From a virus (taxonomy: Duplodnaviria; Caudoviricetes), in the IMG/VR virus record IMGVR_UViG_3300045131_001121, positions 1 to 52,601 of that record: DNA of 52,601 bases; one strand, 5' to 3'. Below the pieces are notes generated by a model. That model was not told where the DNA came from and did not search any database. It was given only the letters and a program-made list of their open reading frames with translations. This document shows, piece after piece, positions 1-8,514 of this stretch. The position numbers and the translations under genes were made by a program. Each line of letters opens with the position of its first letter. Positions within the stretch are counted from its first letter, which is position 1.

Positions 1-484
1 CACCAAAGAAATATGCTTTTACAATTACTGAAACTGCATCAGCCCATCCTTCAATACTATCACCGATTAAAAATCTTCTTGTCTTATCAATGGCTGGTTT
101 TCTGATTTCAGGTAGAGCATCAACGTGATGTTGTTGTACTGAATAACCTACTCCAGTTCCACCCAATAGTAAGAACATAATTTCTGAAAATACTCTCCAA
201 TCATCTGCCGGTGCAAATGCACAATTATAAATTCTATTTGGTGATAATTCAATTGGTTTACCTGCGAACTGCATTGAACGCATTGATGGTAATATTTTTT
301 TATTCGATACGAATTTATATACTTCTTTTATTTCTTCTTTTAAATTTGGATATGTCTTTATATGCATATCCATATTTCTTTTTACTAACTCTTTCCAAGT
401 TTCTCTCCTTTTTAATTCCGGTTTGTACTTTGCATACTTCATATAAACCGTAATGTCAGATAAAATTCGTGTTGAAATGTCCAT
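1..484 (-). CDS. nrdJ: Class II (B12-dependent) ribonucleotide reductase, N-terminal part; runs off the left edge
   Basis: Missing from the ORF track. Hand translation from ATG at 484 gives MDISTRILSDITVYMKYAKY...RRETW...LPSMRSMQFAG...RIYNCAF...FLLLGGTGVGYSVQ, motifs typical of monomeric NrdJ/RTPR. Confidence 0.85.
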   Translation of the reverse strand, partial: MDISTRILSDITVYMKYAKYKPELKRRETWKELVKRNMDMHIKTYPNLKEEIKEVYKFVSNKKILPSMRSMQFAGKPIELSPNRIYNCAFAPADDWRVFSEIMFLLLGGTGVGYSVQQHHVDALPEIRKPAIDKTRRFLIGDSIEGWADAVSVIVKAYFFG

Positions 485-648
485 TTTTTTGTAAATTTTG
501 TTTAGTGTGTTAAAATATTTCAGGAAAACCCCAAAATGTAAGAATAAATATAAGACATGACACTAAACGATACAAGTCTGTGGATAAAAACTCCACTTTT
601 TTTGAAATTTATTCATGTCAAAATTCATAGTGTATTATAACATATAGA

Positions 649-668
649 AGGGGAGTGTTACCTCCCCT
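649..668 (-). terminator. Hairpin downstream of the Hc1-like gene
   Basis: AGGGGAG-tgttac-CTCCCCT inverted repeat; the U-tract is weak. Confidence 0.5.
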
Positions 669-674
669 ATCATA

Positions 675-845
675 TTATGCTTTTTGCTCTGCGGTAGATG
701 CTTGTCTGTACGCAGTGATTAATTTCTTCAAATCACCGATAGCTTTTCTAGCTCTTGATTTGTTTACTTTTTTAGTTCCGTTGTGCTCTGTTTCAAATTG
801 TGTAAACAAAGTCTTCATTTGTTCGAATAGTTCTTGACTGTTCAT
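675..845 (-). CDS. Small basic histone H1-like (Hc1-family, Bacteroidota type) DNA-binding protein, 56 aa
   Basis: Hand translation: MNSQELFEQMKTLFTQFETEHNGTKKVNKSRARKAIGDLKKLITAYRQASTAEQKA. The RARKA..(D/E)L.KL...(Y/F)R.AS pattern matches; the ORF is below the track's length cutoff. Confidence 0.7.
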   Translation of the reverse strand: MNSQELFEQMKTLFTQFETEHNGTKKVNKSRARKAIGDLKKLITAYRQASTAEQKA

Positions 846-871
846 AGTTTTTGTTTTTTATTGTTTTATTA

Positions 872-2266
872 TTAACCTAATCCTGTAACTAATTGTGGTT
901 TGTTACCAACCGGCATTGTTTCAACATATTTCTTATGTAATAGTTGTCTTTCTATTTCATTCCCGTTTGCACTGGCTCTTTGTGTGAGTACACCATCCGC
1001 AGATGTAGCAGTATAAACTTCTATTGTACCATGTGTAGTATCCATCTTCGCTGGAAATGTAATACCATCTTGTCCAAAACGATTCTTCATAATGTGTACT
1101 CTCGCCGTATTACTAAGTTTATCTTTAGCTTTCCTACTTAAACTCATAATAAAATCGGCATTCATTACTTTTGCATATGAATCTGCAATTTTATCTGCTT
1201 CAATAATATCACTATCAATTGCTGAACGATTGGTTTGTGATGCTGTCCAAATTGGTATTCCCAACTCACCACTCATTCCTCTCAAATCAATATACACCCC
1301 ACCTTGCTCAGCGTATGTACTATCGGTTTTGTTTGAGTGAGATAATAACAAGTCAGCGTAATCCACAATAATTAAATCGGGTTTGTTGCCGGCTGCTATC
1401 ATTTTTTCTAAGTGAGCTTGGATTGTTTTGGATGATGCCCCTTTAGGTGGATAGTATTTAACTTTAAGTTTACCTTTTAATCGTTTTACTTTCTCCAAAA
1501 CTTCATCTCTCCTTTGTGATAAATCAGATGATGCAATATGTGTAAACACAGTATCATATCGTAATCCAACATACCCTTGTGAAAGTTCCAATGTATAGTG
1601 AGCCACCGTCTTTCCAGCTTTTACAGCTGCTGCTCCCAATGCTGCTAAAACCCAAGTCTTACCAACACCGGATGGTGCTACTACAACTCCTAATTCACCT
1701 GGCCCTAAGCCACCATTCATCAATTCATTAATACATTCCCAATCAGTTGCTACCGTATCTCTAGATGTTTCATCATAACGTTCTTCAAAATCCTTTAAGT
1801 AATCCATACCTAAATCAGCATCTACACCAACCTTCATTGCTTTATCAACCAACTCTTTGATTTTATCATAGTTGCCTGATTTTAGTAAATCTATTGATTG
1901 TACAATTACATTCTTTAAGTTTTGATTAATACAAAATGCGGTAAATTCATCTTTAATATATTGCAGGTCCAAACCCCCAATACTTTGATAAACTTCTTTT
2001 AATTGTGCTATTATTGTTTTTTGTAAAACCGGATTATCAACTTTAGAAACTTGCACTTTAAATACATCTAATGAAGGTAATCTATGATAATCGTTATAAT
2101 ACGCTACCACCTCATCTACAATCCATTTATTTGTTTCCGCTTCAAAGAATTTTTTATGGATAACATCACCCAATGTATCCAACATCCTGTCATCACTTAA
2201 AAGTGCTGCCACTACTTTGGTTTGGAATGATTGTCCGTATTTTGATAATGTATCTTCGCTCTGCAT
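872..2266 (-). CDS. DnaB-like (T4 gp41-like) replicative helicase
   Basis: Walker A APSGVGKT, LEL motif, IIVDYADLL, TASQTNR and KNRFG. Confidence 0.93.
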   Translation of the reverse strand: MQSEDTLSKYGQSFQTKVVAALLSDDRMLDTLGDVIHKKFFEAETNKWIVDEVVAYYNDYHRLPSLDVFKVQVSKVDNPVLQKTIIAQLKEVYQSIGGLDLQYIKDEFTAFCINQNLKNVIVQSIDLLKSGNYDKIKELVDKAMKVGVDADLGMDYLKDFEERYDETSRDTVATDWECINELMNGGLGPGELGVVVAPSGVGKTWVLAALGAAAVKAGKTVAHYTLELSQGYVGLRYDTVFTHIASSDLSQRRDEVLEKVKRLKGKLKVKYYPPKGASSKTIQAHLEKMIAAGNKPDLIIVDYADLLLSHSNKTDSTYAEQGGVYIDLRGMSGELGIPIWTASQTNRSAIDSDIIEADKIADSYAKVMNADFIMSLSRKAKDKLSNTARVHIMKNRFGQDGITFPAKMDTTHGTIEVYTATSADGVLTQRASANGNEIERQLLHKKYVETMPVGNKPQLVTGLG

Positions 2267-2285
2267 TTTATGTTTTAAAGTTCTA

Positions 2286-2317
2286 CAAATATACGATAAT
2301 TTAGTGAGTCCACCAAA
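2286..2317 (-). promoter_or_regulatory. Bacteroidota housekeeping-sigma-type promoter for the helicase
   Basis: Minus strand reads TTTG-N20-TATATTTG. Confidence 0.8.
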
Positions 2318-3361
2318 TTATTTTACTATTATATTTGTATAAGTTGATTTAAGCCAATCGTTTATATCTTTCCAATTTTGAAGAATTTTATACTTCATAG
2401 CGGCTTTAATGAATTCCATTTTATCAAACTTTTTGTTTGATTCGGCAAAACGGTCATTAATTTTCAACTTTGTATTTGTATTGATATGTGGTTCTTGCAA
2501 TTGCATGAGTTGTCTATTTCTTAAAACATCATCTTTTTGTGCAAGTATATCTTCATAGATTTTAGCCTCTTTCCTTTTATCTTCGCAGATTTGAAATAAT
2601 TCATCAAAAGTTATTTCTCTATCTTCCGATAATTCAGGAAATCTTTTAAGAACGGTCTTCAATCCACATCCTTTTACTCCAGGTACATTATCTGAATTAT
2701 CTCCATCCAATGTTCTGAATAGTAAAAGATTTTGCGGATATATTCCCCATTCTTCTTTTACTAACTCTCTATTATAGAGTTTCTTTTTAGTTGGAGAAAA
2801 CACAAATGTCTTTTCATCTACTAATTGTAAAAAATCTTTATCAGTAGAAACGATGTAACATTCTTCATCTTCACCAAGCACATGCCTAGCTATGTGTCCA
2901 ATTACATCATCTGCTTCAATACCATCATATATCATTGTAGTAATTGGTAAACTATCTAACAAGTCTACTAACCACACAAATTGTCTTTTCATTGAAATTT
3001 GTTCATCCTCTTGAGTCATCATTTCAGGATACTGACGATTAACTCTAAAACGATTCTTACCTCTATCCGCTTTATATCCTTCAAACAATTCTTTCCTGCC
3101 CTTAGAACCACCCTTACCATCAAAAGTAAGGATAACTCTAGTAGGATTAAATTGACGGATTTGATATCCGATTGAATTTAATGAACCAATAACTCCACCC
3201 GTATGTTCACCATCCTCATTCATAATGGGGTTAGTAGTCCAACTACGGATGAAGGTATTGAGTCCATCTATGATAAGAACTCTACCATTCCTTACCCTAT
3301 GGGCGTTTGATTCATGTTCTGTCTCAACTTCATTGAGTAATTTTTTGTATAAGTCTTTCAT
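2318..3361 (-). CDS. 5'-3' exonuclease / T4 RNase H-like flap nuclease
   Basis: IIDGLNTFIR, FDGKGGS, YKADR, EADDVI, STDKDFLQL and DGDNSDNVPGVKGCGLKT (H3TH). Confidence 0.93.
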   Translation of the reverse strand: MKDLYKKLLNEVETEHESNAHRVRNGRVLIIDGLNTFIRSWTTNPIMNEDGEHTGGVIGSLNSIGYQIRQFNPTRVILTFDGKGGSKGRKELFEGYKADRGKNRFRVNRQYPEMMTQEDEQISMKRQFVWLVDLLDSLPITTMIYDGIEADDVIGHIARHVLGEDEECYIVSTDKDFLQLVDEKTFVFSPTKKKLYNRELVKEEWGIYPQNLLLFRTLDGDNSDNVPGVKGCGLKTVLKRFPELSEDREITFDELFQICEDKRKEAKIYEDILAQKDDVLRNRQLMQLQEPHINTNTKLKINDRFAESNKKFDKMEFIKAAMKYKILQNWKDINDWLKSTYTNIIVK

Positions 3362-3379
3362 ATTGTTTTGTAACCTTTA

Positions 3380-4501
3380 TTAGTCACCTATCACTTCTGA
3401 GTCTGTCACCAAACTATCAGTATCAAGTGAATCTTTTTTGTATTGTGAAATTGTTGCTTCACAAATCCTTTTGTAGATTTGTTCTTTTACTTCCTGATTA
3501 GTTTCTAATGTAGAAGGAAAATCTTTGGATTGAAACTTAATGATTTCACCGGTATCAATATCAGTATATTCATACCATGCACCACTTTGTTTTACGATAC
3601 CATTATCCTTCATCAGTCCTAACCAAGCGCCATAGTTATCAATTCCCCTGTCAAAGAAGATATCGAAATCAGCGGAACGTAACGGAGGTCCCATCCTATT
3701 CTTTACTACTTGACAACGAACTTTAATACCTACGATTCTATCGTTACCATTTTCTTTCGCCTTAATCGTTCCCATACTCTTTAATCTCAAACGAACCGAT
3801 GCATGGAAAGCAATTGCTTTACCACCAGAAGTTGTCCAAGGGTCAGAGAATGGCATTGCGTTCATCTTCTGTCTTAATTGGTTTGTGAAAACCAAAGTGA
3901 TTTTCTGTCTACCAATAAGATTTGTGATTTTACGCATTGCTTTGGAAATGATAATTGCTTTATCCGTAGCGTAACCATCTTTACCATAATCAGCTTCCAT
4001 CTCCTTTTCAGTTGATGCTGCTGCTACTGAATCCACAACAATTGTTACATACCTATCTTTCGATGAAACTCTTACCTTTTCAATAATAGTTTCGGTATAT
4101 TCAAAACATTGTTCAACAGTCTCAGCTGTTACATAAAGTAATTTGGTTGTATCTACACCAATGGCTTCTAAGAATTCTCTACTTACTGCATTCTCCGTGT
4201 CAATCAATACAGCTATACCACCTAACTTTTGTGTTTCGGCAAGTAAGTGAGCTGATACTAATGATTTACCACTTTGTTCTAATCCAGTAATTTCGGTAAT
4301 TCTACCAACAGGCAAACCTCCATAAGGTCTATTAGAGATTGCCACATCCAACATTGATGCTCCGGTTGATACCCAACCTTCTACGTTTGTAGGGGAGTCA
4401 TTGTTGTCCAAAAAGAATGCTACCTTTTGGTCTTTTGCTTGTTTGTTTAGGGACTCAGCGAGTACTTCCGCTAAGTCTATTTCCTTAGTTGCTTTCGCCA
4501 T
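3380..4501 (-). CDS. recA: RecA/UvsX-like recombinase
   Basis: GGLPVGRITEITGLEQSGKS, IDTENA, VVDSVAA, TNQLR, TSGGKAIAFHASVRL and KNRMGPP. Confidence 0.92.
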   Translation of the reverse strand: MAKATKEIDLAEVLAESLNKQAKDQKVAFFLDNNDSPTNVEGWVSTGASMLDVAISNRPYGGLPVGRITEITGLEQSGKSLVSAHLLAETQKLGGIAVLIDTENAVSREFLEAIGVDTTKLLYVTAETVEQCFEYTETIIEKVRVSSKDRYVTIVVDSVAAASTEKEMEADYGKDGYATDKAIIISKAMRKITNLIGRQKITLVFTNQLRQKMNAMPFSDPWTTSGGKAIAFHASVRLRLKSMGTIKAKENGNDRIVGIKVRCQVVKNRMGPPLRSADFDIFFDRGIDNYGAWLGLMKDNGIVKQSGAWYEYTDIDTGEIIKFQSKDFPSTLETNQEVKEQIYKRICEATISQYKKDSLDTDSLVTDSEVIGD

Positions 4502-4517
4502 ATATTAACTTATTTTA

Positions 4518-5333
4518 TTAATTGAAAAGGTCATCAAATGCCGCTGCTACATCATCTAATTTCTTAGAAGGTGCTGCCGCTGGTTTTGATGGAGTTGTAT
4601 CGAATGGTGCTTCTTCATCGTTACTAGCCGTTGATGAAAGGGTTTCAGCTGATGCTGATTTTTCATCCTCAGAAGTTGCCGATGGATTTAACCAACCTTC
4701 TAATACATTTTTCAATTCTGCATAAGTTAATTCAGAATACAATTCAGTAATTTCTTTCTGATTTGCTAAGTACTTATCCGTATCTTCTTTAGATGCTGCT
4801 AAAGGAGTTTCCTTTGGTTTAACACGGATTGTTGTTACAGGGTAAGAAGTACCACTGTCTTCAGCTGATACTACTTCAACAGTAATATCTCTACCTTCAT
4901 TTGGGTCGGTAATATCACCATAATCAGGATCCGCCATATAACCAAGAATCTCTTGATATACAGTTTTACCAAAGCCCCAAAATTTTACACCTTCACCTTC
5001 TTCACCTCTTACCAATACTGGTACGAATGTTCTAAGTTTTGGCTCCATTTTTTTAGCAGCTTTCCAATCTTCCTTATCGCCCATTCTTTTAAGTTTGTCA
5101 GCAAACTCAACAATTGGGTCAGGTCTACCGAATGACATCGGAGATAGATAAGTTTTGTTGTTTACGTTGTAGTGAAAGTACAATTCAATGAAAGGATTCT
5201 CTTTGTTGAATTTGTAAGGGACCAAACGAATAGTGTGTTTGCCCGGTGCTGGTTTCCAAAGTTCTACAGTTGTTCTTTGGGTGTTTTGCAGTTTGTTAAG
5301 TCTGCTCTTAATTGCGTCTAAGTTAATAGCCAT
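4518..5333 (-). CDS. Single-stranded DNA-binding protein, T4 gp32-like
   Basis: WKP...IRLVP, FWGFGKTVY, DITDPNEGRDI, acidic C-terminal tail (AFDDLFN); sits next to the recombinase gene. Confidence 0.85.
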   Translation of the reverse strand: MAINLDAIKSRLNKLQNTQRTTVELWKPAPGKHTIRLVPYKFNKENPFIELYFHYNVNNKTYLSPMSFGRPDPIVEFADKLKRMGDKEDWKAAKKMEPKLRTFVPVLVRGEEGEGVKFWGFGKTVYQEILGYMADPDYGDITDPNEGRDITVEVVSAEDSGTSYPVTTIRVKPKETPLAASKEDTDKYLANQKEITELYSELTYAELKNVLEGWLNPSATSEDEKSASAETLSSTASNDEEAPFDTTPSKPAAAPSKKLDDVAAAFDDLFN

Positions 5334-5416
5334 GTCTTTTAAGTTTTAAGAGTTTAAGGTTTAAAACATACGTTTTAAGGTTGGATTATAGTGTCTTTCC
5401 TACACTTCCGTTACAC
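5334..5416 (-). promoter_or_regulatory. SSB mRNA leader: small hairpin plus repeated (C)UUAAA(A) units, candidate autoregulatory translational operator
   Basis: Minus strand reads ...AGTGT-aggaaag-ACACT-ataatcc-aaCCTTAAAAcgtatgTTTTAAACCTTAAACTCTTAAAACTTAAAAGAC-ATG. Confidence 0.5.
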
Positions 5417-5436
5417 ATATAAATATAATGGAAACA

Positions 5437-5468
5437 CAAATATACGAAGAATACCTGATATTTCCAAA
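5437..5468 (-). promoter_or_regulatory. Bacteroidota-type promoter (proximal) for the SSB-RecA operon
   Basis: TTTG-N20-TATATTTG. Confidence 0.8.
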
Positions 5469-5505
5469 TCTTTTTTTTGATATATTTTTATGGTAAATGA
5501 TGTAA

Positions 5506-5537
5506 TAAATATACGATAAATTTGTGACAATACCAAA
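5506..5537 (-). promoter_or_regulatory. Second tandem promoter (variant -7 element)
   Basis: TTTG-N20-TATATTTA. Confidence 0.65.
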
Positions 5538-5706
5538 TAAAAAATACTTTATCGTAAACTGATGTATATCTTTTTGTAATCTATACAACATAGGGAGAGT
5601 ATCCCTACTGTCCAACTAATTGTGGGTGTTAATAAGTTAGAACCACCTACACTCAAATAAAAAATTACACCACATATTGCAGAAGTGAGTATTAATTGCC
5701 AGTTTT

Positions 5707-5931
5707 TCATCTTAGTTTATAGCTATATAAAGTTCCACAATCATCATCATCTAAATCGTCCTCCACCACTTCGATACCTCCGCCTATAAGGTCTTGTAGC
5801 TTTTGTAGATTTACTCGCCTCCAATAACCAAATCGAAGGTACACATCATTAGAGCCTCCACACACTTGTGATAGGTCATACTCACCAAACTCGGAGCGTA
5901 TTAGGACTAAAGTATCTGCGTCTATTCTCAT
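5707..5931 (-). CDS. Small hypothetical (early) protein
   Basis: 74-aa ORF preceded by the AAACCCCT motif shared with its neighbours. Confidence 0.7.
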   Translation of the reverse strand: MRIDADTLVLIRSEFGEYDLSQVCGGSNDVYLRFGYWRRVNLQKLQDLIGGGIEVVEDDLDDDDCGTLYSYKLR

Positions 5932-5950
5932 ATATAAGGGGTTTTTATTT

Positions 5951-6229
5951 TTAATCTACTGGATAAAATTTTATACTCAATATCACATTATCGGGCTTTG
6001 TAGCCAATAGGGATTCTACATATTCATTAGCCCTCTTTCGTGCACCAAAGTGTCCAAACTCCATCACATCGTAATACTCTAACGTCACCTTATAGAAGTG
6101 AGTAGGGAACTTACTATTACCATAGTACACTCTATGTTCAATGTTACTACGTTTTACATTAGGTAGCTTCATTAGAGAAGTGATTCGGTTAGAAGAAGCG
6201 TTGACGGTGAAGAAATCAAAATCGTTCAT
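5951..6229 (-). CDS. Small hypothetical (early) protein
   Basis: 92-aa ORF, tightly packed, same upstream motif. Confidence 0.7.
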   Translation of the reverse strand: MNDFDFFTVNASSNRITSLMKLPNVKRSNIEHRVYYGNSKFPTHFYKVTLEYYDVMEFGHFGARKRANEYVESLLATKPDNVILSIKFYPVD

Positions 6230-6240
6230 ATCTTAGGGGT

Positions 6241-6525
6241 TTAGTAGTTATTAACATGTTCGATAGCTTCTCTTAATATCTTATTGAATCTCATATCAGC
6301 TATTCTATTGATTCGATTGTTTACTTTTCTTACTATTGAATTCTGTTTCTTAACGAACCCATTCAGAACATCAACGATGGTATCCCTATCCTCACCTATC
6401 ACAGCTACAGTCCACTTCACATTATTGATACTAACTACCTCACCAAGCTCTCTTTGGAACTTTGATTCGAAGTACTGAACTCCAACCAATTTCTCATTTT
6501 GTATTCTTACTAATCCTAATTTCAT
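6241..6525 (-). CDS. Small hypothetical (early) protein
   Basis: 94-aa ORF with the same upstream motif and a promoter-like element upstream. Confidence 0.7.
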   Translation of the reverse strand: MKLGLVRIQNEKLVGVQYFESKFQRELGEVVSINNVKWTVAVIGEDRDTIVDVLNGFVKKQNSIVRKVNNRINRIADMRFNKILREAIEHVNNY

Positions 6526-6565
6526 ATTTTTAAGGGGTTTTAAATGTTATCGTTTTACTACACTA

Positions 6566-6597
6566 TAAACATACGAAAAAGATTTTATATATCCTAG
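6566..6597 (-). promoter_or_regulatory. Variant promoter for the small-gene cassette
   Basis: TTCG-TATGTTTA -7-like element; the -33 element is degenerate (CTAG). Confidence 0.45.
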
Positions 6598-6608
6598 TCT
6601 TTTGTGAA

Positions 6609-6737
6609 TTATTTTTTTAAATAGGTATTCACATATTCGGTCTGAGTCATTGTTTTCTCAGTACCATTGGGAAATAATACCCGAACTATCATTTCTCCAT
6701 TTGATAGGTAACGGGCAGTGATTTGGGGAGTCATCAT
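6609..6737 (-). CDS. Small hypothetical protein, 42 aa
   Basis: Hand translation MMTPQITARYLSNGEMIVRVLFPNGTEKTMTQTEYVNTYLKK; starts 4 nt after the stop of 6742..6996. Confidence 0.6.
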   Translation of the reverse strand: MMTPQITARYLSNGEMIVRVLFPNGTEKTMTQTEYVNTYLKK

Positions 6738-6741
6738 ATTA

Positions 6742-6996
6742 TTATAGTCTAATGTATAATTCAGTAAATTCAATTCGGTCAGTAATGTGAGTAGGTAATC
6801 CCATCTGCTTCGCCATCTCTAACATTTCGCTATAAAAGTATCCATCCCATATACCACACAACATGTTGTATAAAGGGGTGTGCCAACTTTCATTTCTAGC
6901 GATGTGGTAATCTTCCACTATTCGGATGGTAGTAGAGTGGAACTCCATCATTTTTTCGGAGAACAATTCATGGCGGTTAAATCTTACAGTATTCAT
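6742..6996 (-). CDS. Small hypothetical (early) protein
   Basis: 84-aa ORF directly downstream of a promoter. Confidence 0.7.
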   Translation of the reverse strand: MNTVRFNRHELFSEKMMEFHSTTIRIVEDYHIARNESWHTPLYNMLCGIWDGYFYSEMLEMAKQMGLPTHITDRIEFTELYIRL

Positions 6997-7019
6997 ATCT
7001 TTATCGTTTTATTACATAG

Positions 7020-7051
7020 TAAACATACGAAGAAAGCCCGATATAAACAAG
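7020..7051 (-). promoter_or_regulatory. Variant Bacteroidota-type promoter
   Basis: CTTG-N20-TATGTTTA. Confidence 0.55.
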
Positions 7052-7086
7052 CGTTTATGAAAATAATTTGTGACAATTTGTGTCAA

Positions 7087-7121
7087 AATAAAAAAGGGAG
7101 AATTTTTAGTTTCTCCCTTTT
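7087..7121 (-). terminator. Rho-independent terminator after the 445-aa gene
   Basis: AAAAGGGAGAA...TTCTCCCTTTT inverted repeat with a T-tract on the minus strand. Confidence 0.8.
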
Positions 7122-7123
7122 AG

Positions 7124-8461
7124 TTATTTTTTAATTTTAAGTAAGTCTGCGAATGTTTGTTCAATGGTATCCATCATACCAAACTCATTTAATTCATCCC
7201 AATCATATGAGGTTTTTAATGAAGACCAATTTACTTTTTCGTTTTTTGGTGCACCAGATACAATTGTCCAAATTAAATCATTACAGGCTTTTACTTTAGC
7301 GTCCTTATCTTTTGAATACTTAGGATTATCTAATGCGGTTATAGTAGTGTCATATACCGCTTTAACATTATTATATGCCATTTCCTGTCTACGTTTTAAG
7401 ATATCAGCTTGTTTTTTAGCCGCTGCTTCTCTTTTTTTCTTAAAGTATGGAATTATATCTAATAGGTCTTCATTCATCATTTTTGATAAAGAAAGTCTAC
7501 CTTCATTTTTCATATATGGTTTACTATCAAAGATTGATTGAATTTTATCTGCTTCTTTATGGAATCCATTCATTCTTAAAGTGAATGCTATACCATCCGC
7601 TGCTTCAACTCCACCCCAACCTGATGCTTGTGAAACTTTTCTACCAAATTCATGTGCTTCACCCTCACTGCCCCAATATTCCGAACTATCTACTCCAGTA
7701 GTTCTTATTACTTTCATCTTTTCATCATATTGAGAGTCATCCATTGATGGGTAGTCTACTTTCTTAGCCCATTCAGGCTTTCCTTCAATCGATGCTACCA
7801 ATTCTCTGGCTTCATCGTGATAGTTTGAATCAGTTAGCGCTTCAACAGCTGCCTGATACATTGCCTTTTTATACCCATCTTTACCCAACTTTTGTGGAGT
7901 AATTCCAAATTCTTCTGCTTTTTTCTTAGCTTCTTTGTTTACAGTAGGATTACCTTTTCTAGCTTCTTTTGGTTTAGAAGTAGGTTCGGTTTGTGGGTCT
8001 GCTTTACTTCCACCACCTTGTGAATACTTTGCGATTATATCTTTAGAGTATTTGTTACCAGGATTACCACTAATTGCGGTCATTAAATCCATTGGTTTCA
8101 ATTTTTTAGAATCAATATCAGCTGATAAGTTTGATAAATTAACACCATTCTCGTCTGCCCATCCCGCTACCGCAGTTGCTCTTAACCCAGTCTTAGCTGC
8201 AATTGATTTAACAGTTGCCATACTATCTACTTTAGGTTCACCACCTCTATCTTTTGAATAATCTCCACCAAACATATCATTTGGTTTTGCAGCTCCTTTA
8301 GATGCACCACCTTTTTGGGCTTTAGGGTCTTCGTGTGTACCAGCCTTTAATGCGGCTTGATATGAATCCTTTGATTTAAAGTGTACTAATTTTCCGGTCT
8401 CTTTACTTTTAGCTTTAAAATCTTCAGCTTCAAATAGTCTTTTTAAACTTATGTTTGCCAT
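7124..8461 (-). CDS. Hypothetical Lys-rich modular protein, possible internal head/ejected protein
   Basis: 445-aa ORF; N-terminal ISLKRLFEAE and internal LSLSKMMNE motifs; shares the KAGTHxDP module with the 1683-aa protein. Confidence 0.55.
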   Translation of the reverse strand: MANISLKRLFEAEDFKAKSKETGKLVHFKSKDSYQAALKAGTHEDPKAQKGGASKGAAKPNDMFGGDYSKDRGGEPKVDSMATVKSIAAKTGLRATAVAGWADENGVNLSNLSADIDSKKLKPMDLMTAISGNPGNKYSKDIIAKYSQGGGSKADPQTEPTSKPKEARKGNPTVNKEAKKKAEEFGITPQKLGKDGYKKAMYQAAVEALTDSNYHDEARELVASIEGKPEWAKKVDYPSMDDSQYDEKMKVIRTTGVDSSEYWGSEGEAHEFGRKVSQASGWGGVEAADGIAFTLRMNGFHKEADKIQSIFDSKPYMKNEGRLSLSKMMNEDLLDIIPYFKKKREAAAKKQADILKRRQEMAYNNVKAVYDTTITALDNPKYSKDKDAKVKACNDLIWTIVSGAPKNEKVNWSSLKTSYDWDELNEFGMMDTIEQTFADLLKIKK

Positions 8462-8480
8462 TATGTGTTATTATATTCTA

Positions 8481-8512
8481 TAAATATACGAATTTTTATT
8501 TACATCCCCAAA
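8481..8512 (-). promoter_or_regulatory. Promoter (host-type spacing, overlapping a TATTTATA motif)
   Basis: TTTG-N20-TATATTTA(TAG). Confidence 0.65.
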
Positions 8513-8514
8513 TC

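Noticed and set aside
5400-5615. 71-aa minus-strand ORF
   Set aside because: It spans two tandem promoters and a hairpin, and its composition is unlike the real genes.
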